Source of the DNA: a virus
Taxonomy: Duplodnaviria; Caudoviricetes
Virus record (IMG/VR): IMGVR_UViG_3300033407_000369
Coordinates: 1-61,422 of that record
Direction: 5' to 3' (one strand)
DNA: 61,422 nt
Positions 45,782-53,922 of this stretch are shown piece after piece (within the stretch, counting starts at the first letter, position 1; each line of letters begins with the position of its first letter). The position numbers were made by a program, and so were the translations under genes. The notes under the pieces are model-generated. The model was not told where the DNA came from. It saw only the letters and a program-made list of their open reading frames with translations, and made no database searches.

Positions 45782-47320
45782 TTAAAAACTCCCTAAATGC
45801 GGCCGTCCAATCTCCAACCGCTGAAGAACAGTAGCAAATTTCTTCCCTCGCGCCCCTTCCCGGACCATCAATTGATTGATCCGAAATAACCCGATTTCCG
45901 CTTCCGAATCAGTTTGATTCAGCCCGAAAAACGCTGTAGCGTGGGCATATTGGCGCTTGTCTTCACTAAAATTGTCCAGTTCGAGCCATTCCTTTTTGTA
46001 CGCATCGGCGTCGGCTTGAGTTACAACCACGACTAGACAATGCCATTTATGGGCAATGGCCCGCAGCTTCTTCCAAATTGAATTCTTCCGGTGGCGTTGA
46101 TCCAGGCGCTTGTCTTCCTCGTTGACGTCCATAATATCCGGGTAATCCACCAGTACTACATCGGGCAAAAATCCCTGAGACTTCCAGATTTCAAGCTGCT
46201 GCTCTAGCATCCGGGGGGATAACGTATCGGCCGGATATTCAGCAAAGTTCCAACCCCCACCCCGAACCCTTTTGACAAATTGCCGTTCTGCCTCATACCC
46301 TTCTTTCCAGGTCAGAGGCTGGCATTTCTCCCGGATTTTGAGCCAAGCTGCTCCGATGAAATCGGCTTCGCCTTGACATTTACGGCAAGTTATATGGCCG
46401 GGGAACTCGTAGAAAATTGGCTTCAAAATTTCCGCAATCGGATTCTTTTTGTCCCAATGTTTCAGCCTGGTCTTCCCAGCCATCGGCGCCATACCTGGCC
46501 CATGCTGGCAGTCCCCATTCTGGTTTTTCCAACAATCAGCAACCGGGACGATTAAATCGCCACAATATTTGATCTTGTCGCTCCTTCTCGACAAATAGAT
46601 ATATTTCCGCAGTTCCATAGCCGATTTCGACATATCACCGGCAGCAAAAAACGCAACCTTTCGGCTGTTGCGCTGGGCCTGAAATGCAATATCCATCAAA
46701 ATCCAAGTCTTACCGATTTTTTCCTGACCGAGAAATGCAACAAAACCGCCCCGGACCATATGCTCGTTCAAGAGTTCACCCAGCTTGCCGGAATATTCAA
46801 CAATCGGCTCAGGGACATCTTCGAATATTTTTCTGGTTCGTTCAGGATCGTCCGCAAAAAAGTCGGGGTTAGCCTGAACCATCTTATCGGGAGCCAAGAA
46901 CCCGCCAATCTTAGCGCAGGCCGAACGGTAATCGCCCCGGAGGGCGTCCACCTTGATTTCATCCGCAAGCAGGATTACGGCTCGTTCTGCGAAGTATTTG
47001 ATTGCTTCGTCGGTCAGGACTCCGACGTTGATCTGATTTTCTGCGAAATCATCAGACAAATCTTGCAAAATATCTTCAATGTCTTCCTGCTGGTCGCTGT
47101 CCAGCAACCCACGCCGGGCATAAGCGGAATAGACCAATTGAATGTCCTGGTTCGGTGCGGCGTTGTGTTTTCTGAAATGCCTGATGCACCAACCGCAGAT
47201 CGTCTTTGCTGCCTGGGATTGCAGCAATTCGGGCCGGTAGATATGGTCGACTTCGCGTAAAAAATCGGCAGATGCAATCATGCCGATAGTGATATTCCGC
47301 TCTATATAATCATTTGGCAT
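45782..47320 (-). CDS. dnaB: DnaB-like replicative helicase
   Basis: GQEKIGKT, VDYPDIM and VTQA motifs. Confidence 0.8.
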   Translation of the reverse strand: MPNDYIERNITIGMIASADFLREVDHIYRPELLQSQAAKTICGWCIRHFRKHNAAPNQDIQLVYSAYARRGLLDSDQQEDIEDILQDLSDDFAENQINVGVLTDEAIKYFAERAVILLADEIKVDALRGDYRSACAKIGGFLAPDKMVQANPDFFADDPERTRKIFEDVPEPIVEYSGKLGELLNEHMVRGGFVAFLGQEKIGKTWILMDIAFQAQRNSRKVAFFAAGDMSKSAMELRKYIYLSRRSDKIKYCGDLIVPVADCWKNQNGDCQHGPGMAPMAGKTRLKHWDKKNPIAEILKPIFYEFPGHITCRKCQGEADFIGAAWLKIREKCQPLTWKEGYEAERQFVKRVRGGGWNFAEYPADTLSPRMLEQQLEIWKSQGFLPDVVLVDYPDIMDVNEEDKRLDQRHRKNSIWKKLRAIAHKWHCLVVVVTQADADAYKKEWLELDNFSEDKRQYAHATAFFGLNQTDSEAEIGLFRINQLMVREGARGKKFATVLQRLEIGRPHLGSF

Positions 47321-47328
47321 TTGCGACC

Positions 47329-47482
47329 TTATAACAACTCTTTGCAGTTCGTTCGAGCGCGTCGGTAAATCCGCAAGGTGCGCCAAGGTTTTCCGTTGAC
47401 CGTTATTCGGTAATTATTGCTCCGGGTTCCAGGGTAGAATACCAGAGTATTGGGTTTCCCGCGTCTCAGCTTAGCGTTATGC
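47329..47482 (+). repeat. attC-like site 0
   Basis: TTATAAC...GTTATGC; arms homologous to site 4 (GGTAAAYCCGC; TTGGGTTTCC(C)GCGTCTCA). Confidence 0.65.
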
Positions 47483-47656
47483 TGAACAATAGCATCCCGG
47501 TTTTCCGTCATGGAACGGGCAGCCACATTCATCGCAGAAAGCAGCAAAAGACGGATACTTGTCGATATTCGCAGGAATGATCTTCCAGTTTGGCTTACTG
47601 CCAAGCTTGCTCTGGTTTTCAAAAATTCCCCCTTTTTTTAGCTTTGTCTGCATCAT
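47477..47656 (-). CDS. Cassette ORF, small Cys-rich hypothetical
   Basis: FCDECGC...CYC; stop lies in the GTTA of site 0. Confidence 0.45.
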   Translation of the reverse strand: MMQTKLKKGGIFENQSKLGSKPNWKIIPANIDKYPSFAAFCDECGCPFHDGKPGCYCSA

Positions 47657-47660
47657 TTCT

Positions 47661-47852
47661 TTACTCGTCATCACTGTACCTCAATAGTTTGTGTTCCCAG
47701 AGGATTGCCAAAATATCATCCATAAATTCAAGATCCCTGGCAACCTCGTTTCCGTTTCTCTTCTCATATTCGTCGCGGATCGCCAGGACATCATCCGGTT
47801 CAAAACACCACCCGCACATCATGTCTTTTTCTTTTGATAGCCTTAATTTCAT
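47661..47852 (-). CDS. Cassette ORF, hypothetical
   Basis: RBS GAGGAG. Confidence 0.5.
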   Translation of the reverse strand: MKLRLSKEKDMMCGWCFEPDDVLAIRDEYEKRNGNEVARDLEFMDDILAILWEHKLLRYSDDE

Positions 47853-48019
47853 TTTCTCTCCTCTTCCCCAAATGGCCTACTCACACATGGCCCCGGTCCA
47901 CGGCGGATGTGCTCTCATATGCTTTCGGCCATAATGTAAAAAGGCGGGGTGGCCTGCGTCTTTTCGCAGTAATCAAGAGCAACCAAGATTAGGTACCGCC
48001 ACCCCATAAATTTAAAATC

Positions 48020-48085
48020 GCATAACCAGCGCATTAAGTCGGATTGCCGAAACTGCCCGGCAACCGCTTATGCTGGTCGTTAGAG
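48020..48085 (+). repeat. attC-like site 1
   Basis: GCATAAC...GCAT-T-AAG / CTTATGC...GTTAGAG. Confidence 0.85.
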
Positions 48086-48313
48086 CGCATGCTCACGTTC
48101 CAGCATTTCAGGCTTCTCGCCATCGTCCAGCGGCATCAGCCAGTTGGCTTGCGCAAACCAACTCACACCGGGCGGCACCGGGCACGGGTGTCGCGGGAAA
48201 AGCACTTCGTAGTCGCCTTCATCGTCCAGCGGCCCGACGATCTCGCCTACAGCGCCCAGGGGTGGCATGCACCCGTCAGCGCCAATCAGCATCACAAGCT
48301 GTCCAACCTTCAT
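48080..48313 (-). CDS. Cassette ORF, hypothetical (SH3/KOW-like start MKVGQLV)
   Basis: RBS GGAG; stop lies in the GTTA of site 1. Confidence 0.55.
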   Translation of the reverse strand: MKVGQLVMLIGADGCMPPLGAVGEIVGPLDDEGDYEVLFPRHPCPVPPGVSWFAQANWLMPLDDGEKPEMLEREHAL

Positions 48314-48333
48314 AGCGTTTCTCCAAAAATGCG

Positions 48334-48395
48334 CTCTAACCCCGCCAATCGAGCGGACGCCATAAAGCGGGCGCCGCTCATCGGCAACGTTATAA
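48334..48395 (+). repeat. attC-like site 2
   Basis: CTCTAAC...AAT-C-GAGCGG / CCGCTCAT...GTTATAA. Confidence 0.85.
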
Positions 48396-48602
48396 TTCGG
48401 TAGCAACCAACCTATATTTTGGTTTGCCATTTTCGGTAATCACAACAGGTTCACCAGCTGTCAGGCAGTGTTTGGCTACAGCGGCGCAAGCCTCTCCTGT
48501 CACATCTGTTTTGTTTGACAACCATGTTCTGCCGTCCTTGGCCACATGCCCGCAGAATATCCTATTTGTCAATGGTGATGGTGCTACGTGTAGTTGTTTC
48601 AT
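48390..48602 (-). CDS. Cassette ORF, phage-type hypothetical (SPLTNRIF-x-G...K-x-DVT)
   Basis: RBS GGTGGAG; stop lies in the GTTA of site 2. Confidence 0.6.
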   Translation of the reverse strand: MKQLHVAPSPLTNRIFCGHVAKDGRTWLSNKTDVTGEACAAVAKHCLTAGEPVVITENGKPKYRLVATEL

Positions 48603-48620
48603 GTCTCCACCTTTTTAAAA

Positions 48621-48673
48621 TTATAACAATCGCATTAACGCAGACGGCGGCTCCGCTGAACTTATCGTTAAAC
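48621..48673 (+). repeat. attC-like site 3 (short, degenerate)
   Basis: TTATAAC...GTTAAAC. Confidence 0.65.
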
Positions 48674-48934
48674 TGCCCGAGCATTCCACCGTTGGGCAAC
48701 AAACAACCTTACAAACTCAAGCGTTTCGTCATCCATGCACCCGGTGGAAAAATCAAACTCGCCGCATACCCCGCATTGTATGCGGTGGCACCCTGGCCCT
48801 TTTGGATCACCGCAGTCACACCATTCCACTCCACCACCACAAAAAGGGCAGTTTAACAAAACGTTAGAGTTCGACGGTAAACCCGCCGCGTTTGTTGGCT
48901 CCTGGCCAGTATGTTCTTTCGCTAAATTCGTCAT
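48668..48934 (-). CDS. Cassette ORF, Lar-like restriction alleviation Zn-finger
   Basis: L-x-x-CPFCGG...I-x-C-x-x-CG...WN-x-R; stop lies in site 3. Confidence 0.7.
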   Translation of the reverse strand: MTNLAKEHTGQEPTNAAGLPSNSNVLLNCPFCGGGVEWCDCGDPKGPGCHRIQCGVCGEFDFSTGCMDDETLEFVRLFVAQRWNARAV

Positions 48935-48983
48935 TCCATCCGTCTCCGTGTTGGGTTTCCGCGTCTCAACTCAATCGTTAGCG
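48851..48983 (+). repeat. attC-like site 4
   Basis: GTTTAAC...GAGTTCGACGGTAAACCC / GGGTTTCCGCGTCTCAACTC...GTTAGCG. Confidence 0.8.
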
Positions 48984-49196
48984 AGATGCTCTTTCGTACG
49001 CCCTTAACGGCCGGGTCACAAGCAAGTCAAGGCGCAGGTTTTGAATTAAATTGGCCACATCTCCAGCCACTTCTGCGGCATACGTCAGGTCGCCGGTCTC
49101 TTCCATGCGCTTCGCCACGCGGTCAAACTTGGTGGCATAACCGTTAAGCGTTTTTGACATTGTCTTTATCAGGGTAACGGTTTCTTGCGTTTCCAT
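48978..49196 (-). CDS. Cassette ORF, helical hypothetical
   Basis: RBS AAGGAG; stop lies in site 4. Confidence 0.6.
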   Translation of the reverse strand: METQETVTLIKTMSKTLNGYATKFDRVAKRMEETGDLTYAAEVAGDVANLIQNLRLDLLVTRPLRAYERASR

Positions 49197-49211
49197 ATCA
49201 CTCCTTTAAAT

Positions 49212-49299
49212 CGCTAACAATAAAATTAAGCAGACGCCGAGAACGTCCGCGCTACTGCTGCACCATCAAGGGCGGCGCAGCTTATTTAAGCCGTTACCC
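49212..49299 (+). repeat. attC-like site 5
   Basis: CGCTAAC...AAAT-T-AAGCAGACGCC / GGCGCAGCTTATTT...GTTACCC. Confidence 0.85.
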
Positions 49300-49485
49300 T
49301 GCCAGGGGAGGCCGGAGTTTATGCACTTTAATCAGTGCCTCTTCTAGCATCGTCCCTCGGGGGTCGTCTTGTGCGTCCAGCCAATCCCAAACCCATTCGG
49401 TCAGCCGCACACCCTTGGTCAATTTTTTAAAGCCTGGGGGGCGGGTTGGTCGCCCGCTCCCCGGCTGAACTCCGCCTCGGCTCAT
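49294..49485 (-). CDS. Cassette ORF, small DNA-binding protein (GG-x-x-x-GSGR + RHH-like)
   Basis: SRGGVQPGSGRP...VRL-x-x-W-x-x-DWL; stop lies in site 5. Confidence 0.6.
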   Translation of the reverse strand: MSRGGVQPGSGRPTRPPGFKKLTKGVRLTEWVWDWLDAQDDPRGTMLEEALIKVHKLRPPLAG

Positions 49486-49682
49486 TTCGCGACCAGGTAC
49501 TTGCGGAGTGCGGCGGCTTTCATTTCTTCAAGGCTCCCGACATAAAAACCGTCAACGATAACTTCGGCGACACAAGTTCCAAACTCGGTGGCGTCAGCGA
49601 GTGTCTCGTGGATGTCGCCATCGTTGTCGATGTAGTAGCTGGTGGTGTTATTCTGGTCGGTTGCGGCGTTGATGGTCTTCAT
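49482..49682 (-). CDS. Cassette ORF, acidic hypothetical
   Basis: RBS GAGGAG; ATGA-coupled to the next gene. Confidence 0.55.
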   Translation of the reverse strand: MKTINAATDQNNTTSYYIDNDGDIHETLADATEFGTCVAEVIVDGFYVGSLEEMKAAALRKYLVAK

Positions 49683-49734
49683 GGCTTTCTCCTCGGTTTT
49701 GGTTTCGGGCTGTATTGCCCCTCTCTTGATTATA

Positions 49735-49764
49735 GTTATACCAAAACCTTTTCCGGGCTGTAAA
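49735..49764 (-). promoter_or_regulatory. Sigma70-like promoter inside a cassette
   Basis: TTTACA-18 nt-TATAAC with TG extension; a TATAAT follows immediately. Confidence 0.5.
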
Positions 49765-49806
49765 GAAAAAAGTTTAACCTAAATCATTTTATTTTGTACC
49801 CGGCCA

Positions 49807-49893
49807 GGGTAACAAAATTATCAAGCAGACCAGAAGAAAGGCTGTCCAAGGTCTGCACGCTCAGGGGCTGGCAGCTTATAAAAGCCGTTGGGC
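49807..49893 (+). repeat. attC-like site 6
   Basis: GGGTAAC...TTAT-C-AAGC / GCTTATAA...GTTGGGC. Confidence 0.8.
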
Positions 49894-49901
49894 TGCAAAA
49901 A

Positions 49902-50081
49902 CTATTTCAAATACTCGGGCTTTACCTGTTGGTGAATTGTCTTAATCACCATGTCTCCGTAGAAAAAAGCGTAGCTGGTAGTCTTCGCCAGCCAGTAACA
50001 GCCGTAAATAACGCCACCGGCCAGCGTCAAGCCACCGACAAATACAGCAATTATCCCAACACTTTTAAATAAATTCTTCAT
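49902..50081 (-). CDS. Cassette ORF, small membrane protein
   Basis: Single hydrophobic helix; RBS GGAGG. Confidence 0.55.
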   Translation of the reverse strand: MKNLFKSVGIIAVFVGGLTLAGGVIYGCYWLAKTTSYAFFYGDMVIKTIHQQVKPEYLK

Positions 50082-50109
50082 CAAATTCCCTCCAAGTATA
50101 GTTTTTACA

Positions 50110-50203
50110 CTCCAACAAAACATTGTACGCGGACGGGCAACAAGCCCGGTTGCGCTATTCGCGGCAGGTTCTTAGGCCCGCCGGTAAATTGTGGTCGTTA
50201 TGC
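50110..50203 (+). repeat. attC-like site 7
   Basis: CTCCAAC...GGACGGGC / GCCCGCC...GTTATGC. Confidence 0.75.
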
Positions 50204-50416
50204 AATAAAAAGATCATCGTGCAAATCTTTCCAGCATAATATCCAAAATGGCACGTATTCGCTTTTTATGTTTGGGCATTTATTGGCACTTTTCAGTTGG
50301 TTGTCCGTGAGTTCGTGGCTTTCCCCGGTGTAAACTCCGCCCGAGGTAGTCAAAATCCTGGTCCCCTTGGGCAACGGTTTATTGTCTGCGAGTAGGTTGT
50401 ATATCTCAAGCTTCAT
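50198..50416 (-). CDS. Cassette ORF, hypothetical
   Basis: RBS GGAG; stop lies in the GTTA of site 7. Confidence 0.55.
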   Translation of the reverse strand: MKLEIYNLLADNKPLPKGTRILTTSGGVYTGESHELTDNQLKSANKCPNIKSEYVPFWILCWKDLHDDLFIA

Positions 50417-50439
50417 GGGCCTTCTCCGTAATATTAACA

Positions 50440-50527
50440 GCATAACAATAAAATTCATCGGATGCCGAGAATGTCTGTGGCCCTACCGGGAACAACTCCC
50501 AGGCGGCACCGCTGATTATCGGCGCCG
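50440..50527 (+). repeat. attC-like site 8 (right core site lost)
   Basis: GCATAAC...AATTCATCGGATGCCG / CGGCACCGCTGATT; no terminal GTT; overlaps the DnaC-like stop. Confidence 0.6.
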
Positions 50528-51250
50528 ATCCTTCCCGGTCATCTCAACCAGGCGGCACCAACCAAATATCCGACTAGTCAATCTATTGTCCCCAAGCCTA
50601 TTCGTCAAATCCAGCAAATTCAAATTTGACGTGATTATTGTCGTTTTATTGTACTCAAAACGATGAGATAAAATTAAATAAAGCGTGGATGCCACCCAAT
50701 CAGTGATCTTTTCAACCCCGATGTCGTCTAACACCAACAGGTCGATCCGTTGATAATATTCGACCAAATCTGTTGAGGTGGATTTCGTTGGCCCGGAGTA
50801 GGTTTTGCGGATGTCGTGCAAAAGTTGGGGGCAGGAGATAAACCGGCAATCTTTTGCTAAGCCAGGGCACTGAGATATTGCAGAGAGCAAAATTTCTGCG
50901 GCCTTGAAGGTTTTCCCACATCCAACAGGACCGAAGATAAAAAGCGATTCCGATGCGAATTCTTCAACCTTTCCCGATTCCTCAACGGCATTTGCTGTCC
51001 GGGGTGGAACCCCGCAACCCTCAAGATGAGCGGATGACGGAATGGCGTCGAAAGAAAGTTTATCCGCACATGGCTGACAAAATTTCATGTCTGACGCAAC
51101 CTGCCGGCCGCAAGATCCGCAGCCTTTTGTCTTCGGGGCGGCTTCTTCTTCCTGGCATCGTTGGCAAAGTTCAACGACCGATCCGGGAGGGCATGTTGCG
51201 CCACATTCCAGGCAGGTCAAGCGGCCGCTGAACTTAATATTTGTAGCCAT
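50516..51250 (-). CDS. DnaC/IstB-like helicase loader ATPase
   Basis: GPVGCGKT, LLVLDDIG, TIITSN and R-x-x-SRI...G-x-D-x-R motifs; N-terminal Zn ribbons. Confidence 0.9.
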   Translation of the reverse strand: MATNIKFSGRLTCLECGATCPPGSVVELCQRCQEEEAAPKTKGCGSCGRQVASDMKFCQPCADKLSFDAIPSSAHLEGCGVPPRTANAVEESGKVEEFASESLFIFGPVGCGKTFKAAEILLSAISQCPGLAKDCRFISCPQLLHDIRKTYSGPTKSTSTDLVEYYQRIDLLVLDDIGVEKITDWVASTLYLILSHRFEYNKTTIITSNLNLLDLTNRLGDNRLTSRIFGWCRLVEMTGKDRRR

Positions 51251-52157
51251 CGTAGTTTTCCCTCAAGAAATCTTTGATCTCGTCTGGAATATTGGGGTCA
51301 TTAGCATTATACTCTTTGCCGTCCATATTCCAGGTAAATATTTTCGGACAGGGTTGCTTTTTGAGCAAAGGGGAGGGGTTTTGTTTTTCTTGTTTGATTT
51401 TTTGGACAGCGGCCCAACCAGCGTCGATATCGGCGGCCGAGTTCAGCCAACGAAGTTTATTTAGCCACGTAGCCGGGAGGGGGATATTAGATTGATCAGA
51501 TTGCCATTGCTTGGTTTTGGATTGTTCATAAATTGCCCGGCGGATAGTTTTCCATTCCGGGCGGTTTGGATTTTTGGAATTGCATAATTTATTCCATGCC
51601 CGGAGGGCGTCCCCTTTTGAATTCTTCCGGGGGTAGATTTTCCAGAAGTTTTCAAAAAGTTTCCCGGTAACAAACAAAGATTTATTTATTTCTTTTTTTT
51701 GTTTAATATTTAATTGATTACTCCCCATCTCTTGGGGAACCCCTCCCCCATCTCTTGGGGAACCCTCCCCCATCTCTTGGGGTACCCCATCTCTTGGGGG
51801 AGGGGGGTCATTTAATGCTGGGTGACCAGTTTTTATCGCTTCCACTTCTGGCACTGTTGCAAAATATTTATTTGATGTATAGCTCCCGGAATCGTTCAGG
51901 CGCCGTTTTGCAACAATCCACCCTGACTGTTTGAGATTATCCATGTGGTTCGAAACAGAATTGACTGAACAACCCATCATTTTAGCCAGGGTGCTGGTTG
52001 AGGGCGTCGCCCAGTCTTTTCCATCCCACATGAATTCAGCGAGGCAAACAACTAATAGTTTTGATAATGGGGACAAATCTGAATGAAGCGCGGCCCGCCT
52101 CCAATTGAAGGCCGGGTAAATCTTTCCTGACACATCAACATCATCTTGTTCTGACAT
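51234..52157 (-). CDS. Replication initiator (winged HTH, lambda O-like)
   Basis: PS-x-x-TLAKMMGCS-x-x-SV HTH; FENFWKIYPRK and PATWLN-x-x-RW motifs; internal iterons. Confidence 0.85.
   Translation of the reverse strand: MSEQDDVDVSGKIYPAFNWRRAALHSDLSPLSKLLVVCLAEFMWDGKDWATPSTSTLAKMMGCSVNSVSNHMDNLKQSGWIVAKRRLNDSGSYTSNKYFATVPEVEAIKTGHPALNDPPPPRDGVPQEMGEGSPRDGGGVPQEMGSNQLNIKQKKEINKSLFVTGKLFENFWKIYPRKNSKGDALRAWNKLCNSKNPNRPEWKTIRRAIYEQSKTKQWQSDQSNIPLPATWLNKLRWLNSAADIDAGWAAVQKIKQEKQNPSPLLKKQPCPKIFTWNMDGKEYNANDPNIPDEIKDFLRENYDGYKY
51723..51799. repeat. Replication origin iterons: 4 x CCCCATCTCTTGGGG
   Basis: Copies at 51723, 51746, 51768 and 51785; adjacent AT-rich tract about 51670-51720. Confidence 0.85.
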
Positions 52158-52323
52158 TTTCAGAACCTCCATAGTTGTCAGGGCTATTATCCCCTGAAGG
52201 TTATTTGATGGAAGTCGGGTTGGCAACTATTCCAACCCTCCCCGGCGCCAACCGCTCTTGATGATCAGTCAAGAGTCCAATAAGCAATATAATTTACCGG
52301 GTCAGAAATTAAAAGAAAAATTT

Positions 52324-52542
52324 TTAATCAGCTTCCCGATGCCGATAATGTGTCAGGTCAGGGTCAATTTCCCGGCTTGCAACTTCCCGGTCAACCCGCT
52401 GCGAAACAGCAACCCAATCGTCAATTGGCGGGAACTGATGAACGACAACGATGTTTGAATCAGATGATTTGATTGCGAGGAATAGTAATGTCAGCAACAC
52501 TGCGGAAACCAACCTATGCAAAAAATAGAATAATTTGGTCAT
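52324..52542 (-). CDS. Hypothetical membrane-anchored protein
   Basis: N-terminal hydrophobic helix; RBS GGAGG. Confidence 0.45.
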   Translation of the reverse strand: MTKLFYFLHRLVSAVLLTLLFLAIKSSDSNIVVVHQFPPIDDWVAVSQRVDREVASREIDPDLTHYRHREAD

Positions 52543-52556
52543 CTCGGCCCCTCCAG

Positions 52557-53495
52557 TTATCTTTTAAACCCCAAATCCCGCATTAATGAATCGGCATCTG
52601 CCTGTTTCATATCTCCAGGGTCAACTTCCGTCCCCGGCAGGACTATAACTTCAATCCCCCTGAATCCCAACTCTGCCCGGATCTTGCCGGCCGCATCTTG
52701 TCCGGCTTGGTCAGGGTCGAACAAGACAAATATCCGCTTCCGCCACTTCGCCATCACCCGAATCTGAGGCAATTTGAATTTAACCCCAAAGCAGCAAATT
52801 GCCCCCTCGCCCAGCTTCCAAACATCTGTTACGCCTTCAACCAGCACGGCCATATCTCCAGGCGCCCGGCCATACAGAATCCGCTTATGCTCAATCAGCT
52901 CCCGCTCTTTCGGGCAGGCCATATATTTGAGTTTGTGTCTCCCGGTCACGTCCCGGCCCTGGAATGATACCGTTTTGCCCTCCCACTCAATCGGGATCAT
53001 TACCCGGTGCTTGTAGTCGATGATCTTGCCGCCTGTTTCCAGTGGTGCAAGTGGGCCAGTCGAAAATATTCCCCATTCGGCCACCAGCTTTTCCGGGTCA
53101 AATCCCCGGCGCTCCAAATAAGCGGCATGATGGCGAAGCAGTGGGGATATTCCGCCTGGATATTTAAAAGCCTTCTTGCGGACGTTCGTCTTGCTCTCTA
53201 CGGGTAGATAAGAGGCCGAGCTACCCTTCCCCCCATATTCCCGGAAAATCTCGCTTAGATCGTGTTCTGGGACGTTCAGGAGTTTAGAAAGCGTTTCCTT
53301 GACCGGATGGGCACCACAACGCCAGCAGACGAACCGTCCGGCGAACTGGCCGGAGATAGAATATCCAAGGTGAAAACCCGGATTGCCTTGACAGTAGCAG
53401 CAGGGCACCCCGACCCACCCGGCCCGGACGTGCTTGTGACCTTCCAGCTTGTATGGGATGTGGCGATCTTGGTATAGACGGATGATGTCAATCAT
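52557..53495 (-). CDS. dnaG: DNA primase (Zn finger + TOPRIM)
   Basis: CCYC...CWRC, YLERRG, FQGR, VEGVTD and FDPDQAG motifs. Confidence 0.88.
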   Translation of the reverse strand: MIDIIRLYQDRHIPYKLEGHKHVRAGWVGVPCCYCQGNPGFHLGYSISGQFAGRFVCWRCGAHPVKETLSKLLNVPEHDLSEIFREYGGKGSSASYLPVESKTNVRKKAFKYPGGISPLLRHHAAYLERRGFDPEKLVAEWGIFSTGPLAPLETGGKIIDYKHRVMIPIEWEGKTVSFQGRDVTGRHKLKYMACPKERELIEHKRILYGRAPGDMAVLVEGVTDVWKLGEGAICCFGVKFKLPQIRVMAKWRKRIFVLFDPDQAGQDAAGKIRAELGFRGIEVIVLPGTEVDPGDMKQADADSLMRDLGFKR

Positions 53496-53752
53496 TTTAT
53501 CGACACATTGCATGGGTACGACTTGACCCATACAGCATCCATCGCAGCCAGAATTTTTTCAAGTGCTGCTGTCTGGCCAATTGATTTTCTGGCCGTGACT
53601 CCATCGGGATAATGTCCCGGCGGGAAAATTACGGTGAAATAATATTTGCACTCTCGAAAATCAGCGCACATGCAGTGGTTTTTTACTTTTTCTTTTGAAT
53701 TCTTAAGATCACCGATATTATCTCGGATGGTTTTCATTTTGTCAATCATCAT
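53492..53752 (-). CDS. Hypothetical protein
   Basis: Overlaps neighbours; RBS AAGGAGG. Confidence 0.4.
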   Translation of the reverse strand: MMIDKMKTIRDNIGDLKNSKEKVKNHCMCADFRECKYYFTVIFPPGHYPDGVTARKSIGQTAALEKILAAMDAVWVKSYPCNVSIK

Positions 53753-53922
53753 CTGTCAACCTCCTTCTTCCAGCGGATTTTGACCCCACATCGCGGACAA
53801 AAATCATACCACGAAGCCAAATCTTGCTCGTCACAATTTGTACACTGATACCAATCCGTGTAAACCTCGTCCGGCCCGATAAGCTGATTATTACCGATAA
53901 TGACAAATTTTTTGGCTTTCAT
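53749..53922 (-). CDS. Small Zn-ribbon protein
   Basis: YQCTNC...FCPRCG-x-KI-x-W. Confidence 0.6.
   Translation of the reverse strand: MKAKKFVIIGNNQLIGPDEVYTDWYQCTNCDEQDLASWYDFCPRCGVKIRWKKEVDR

Larger units (their letters stand above)
47329..50527 (+). mobile_element. Integron-type cassette array without integrase (CALIN-like): 9 attC-like sites, 8 cassettes
   Basis: Imperfect palindromes bounded by ...AAC and GTT...; each cassette's first core site is the reverse complement of its last. Confidence 0.85.

Noticed and set aside
47329-50527. Reading the palindromes as ordinary rho-independent terminators or REP elements
   Set aside because: They lack U tracts, differ in sequence, and show AAC/GTT cores with cross-cassette complementarity and unpaired extra bases typical of attC.
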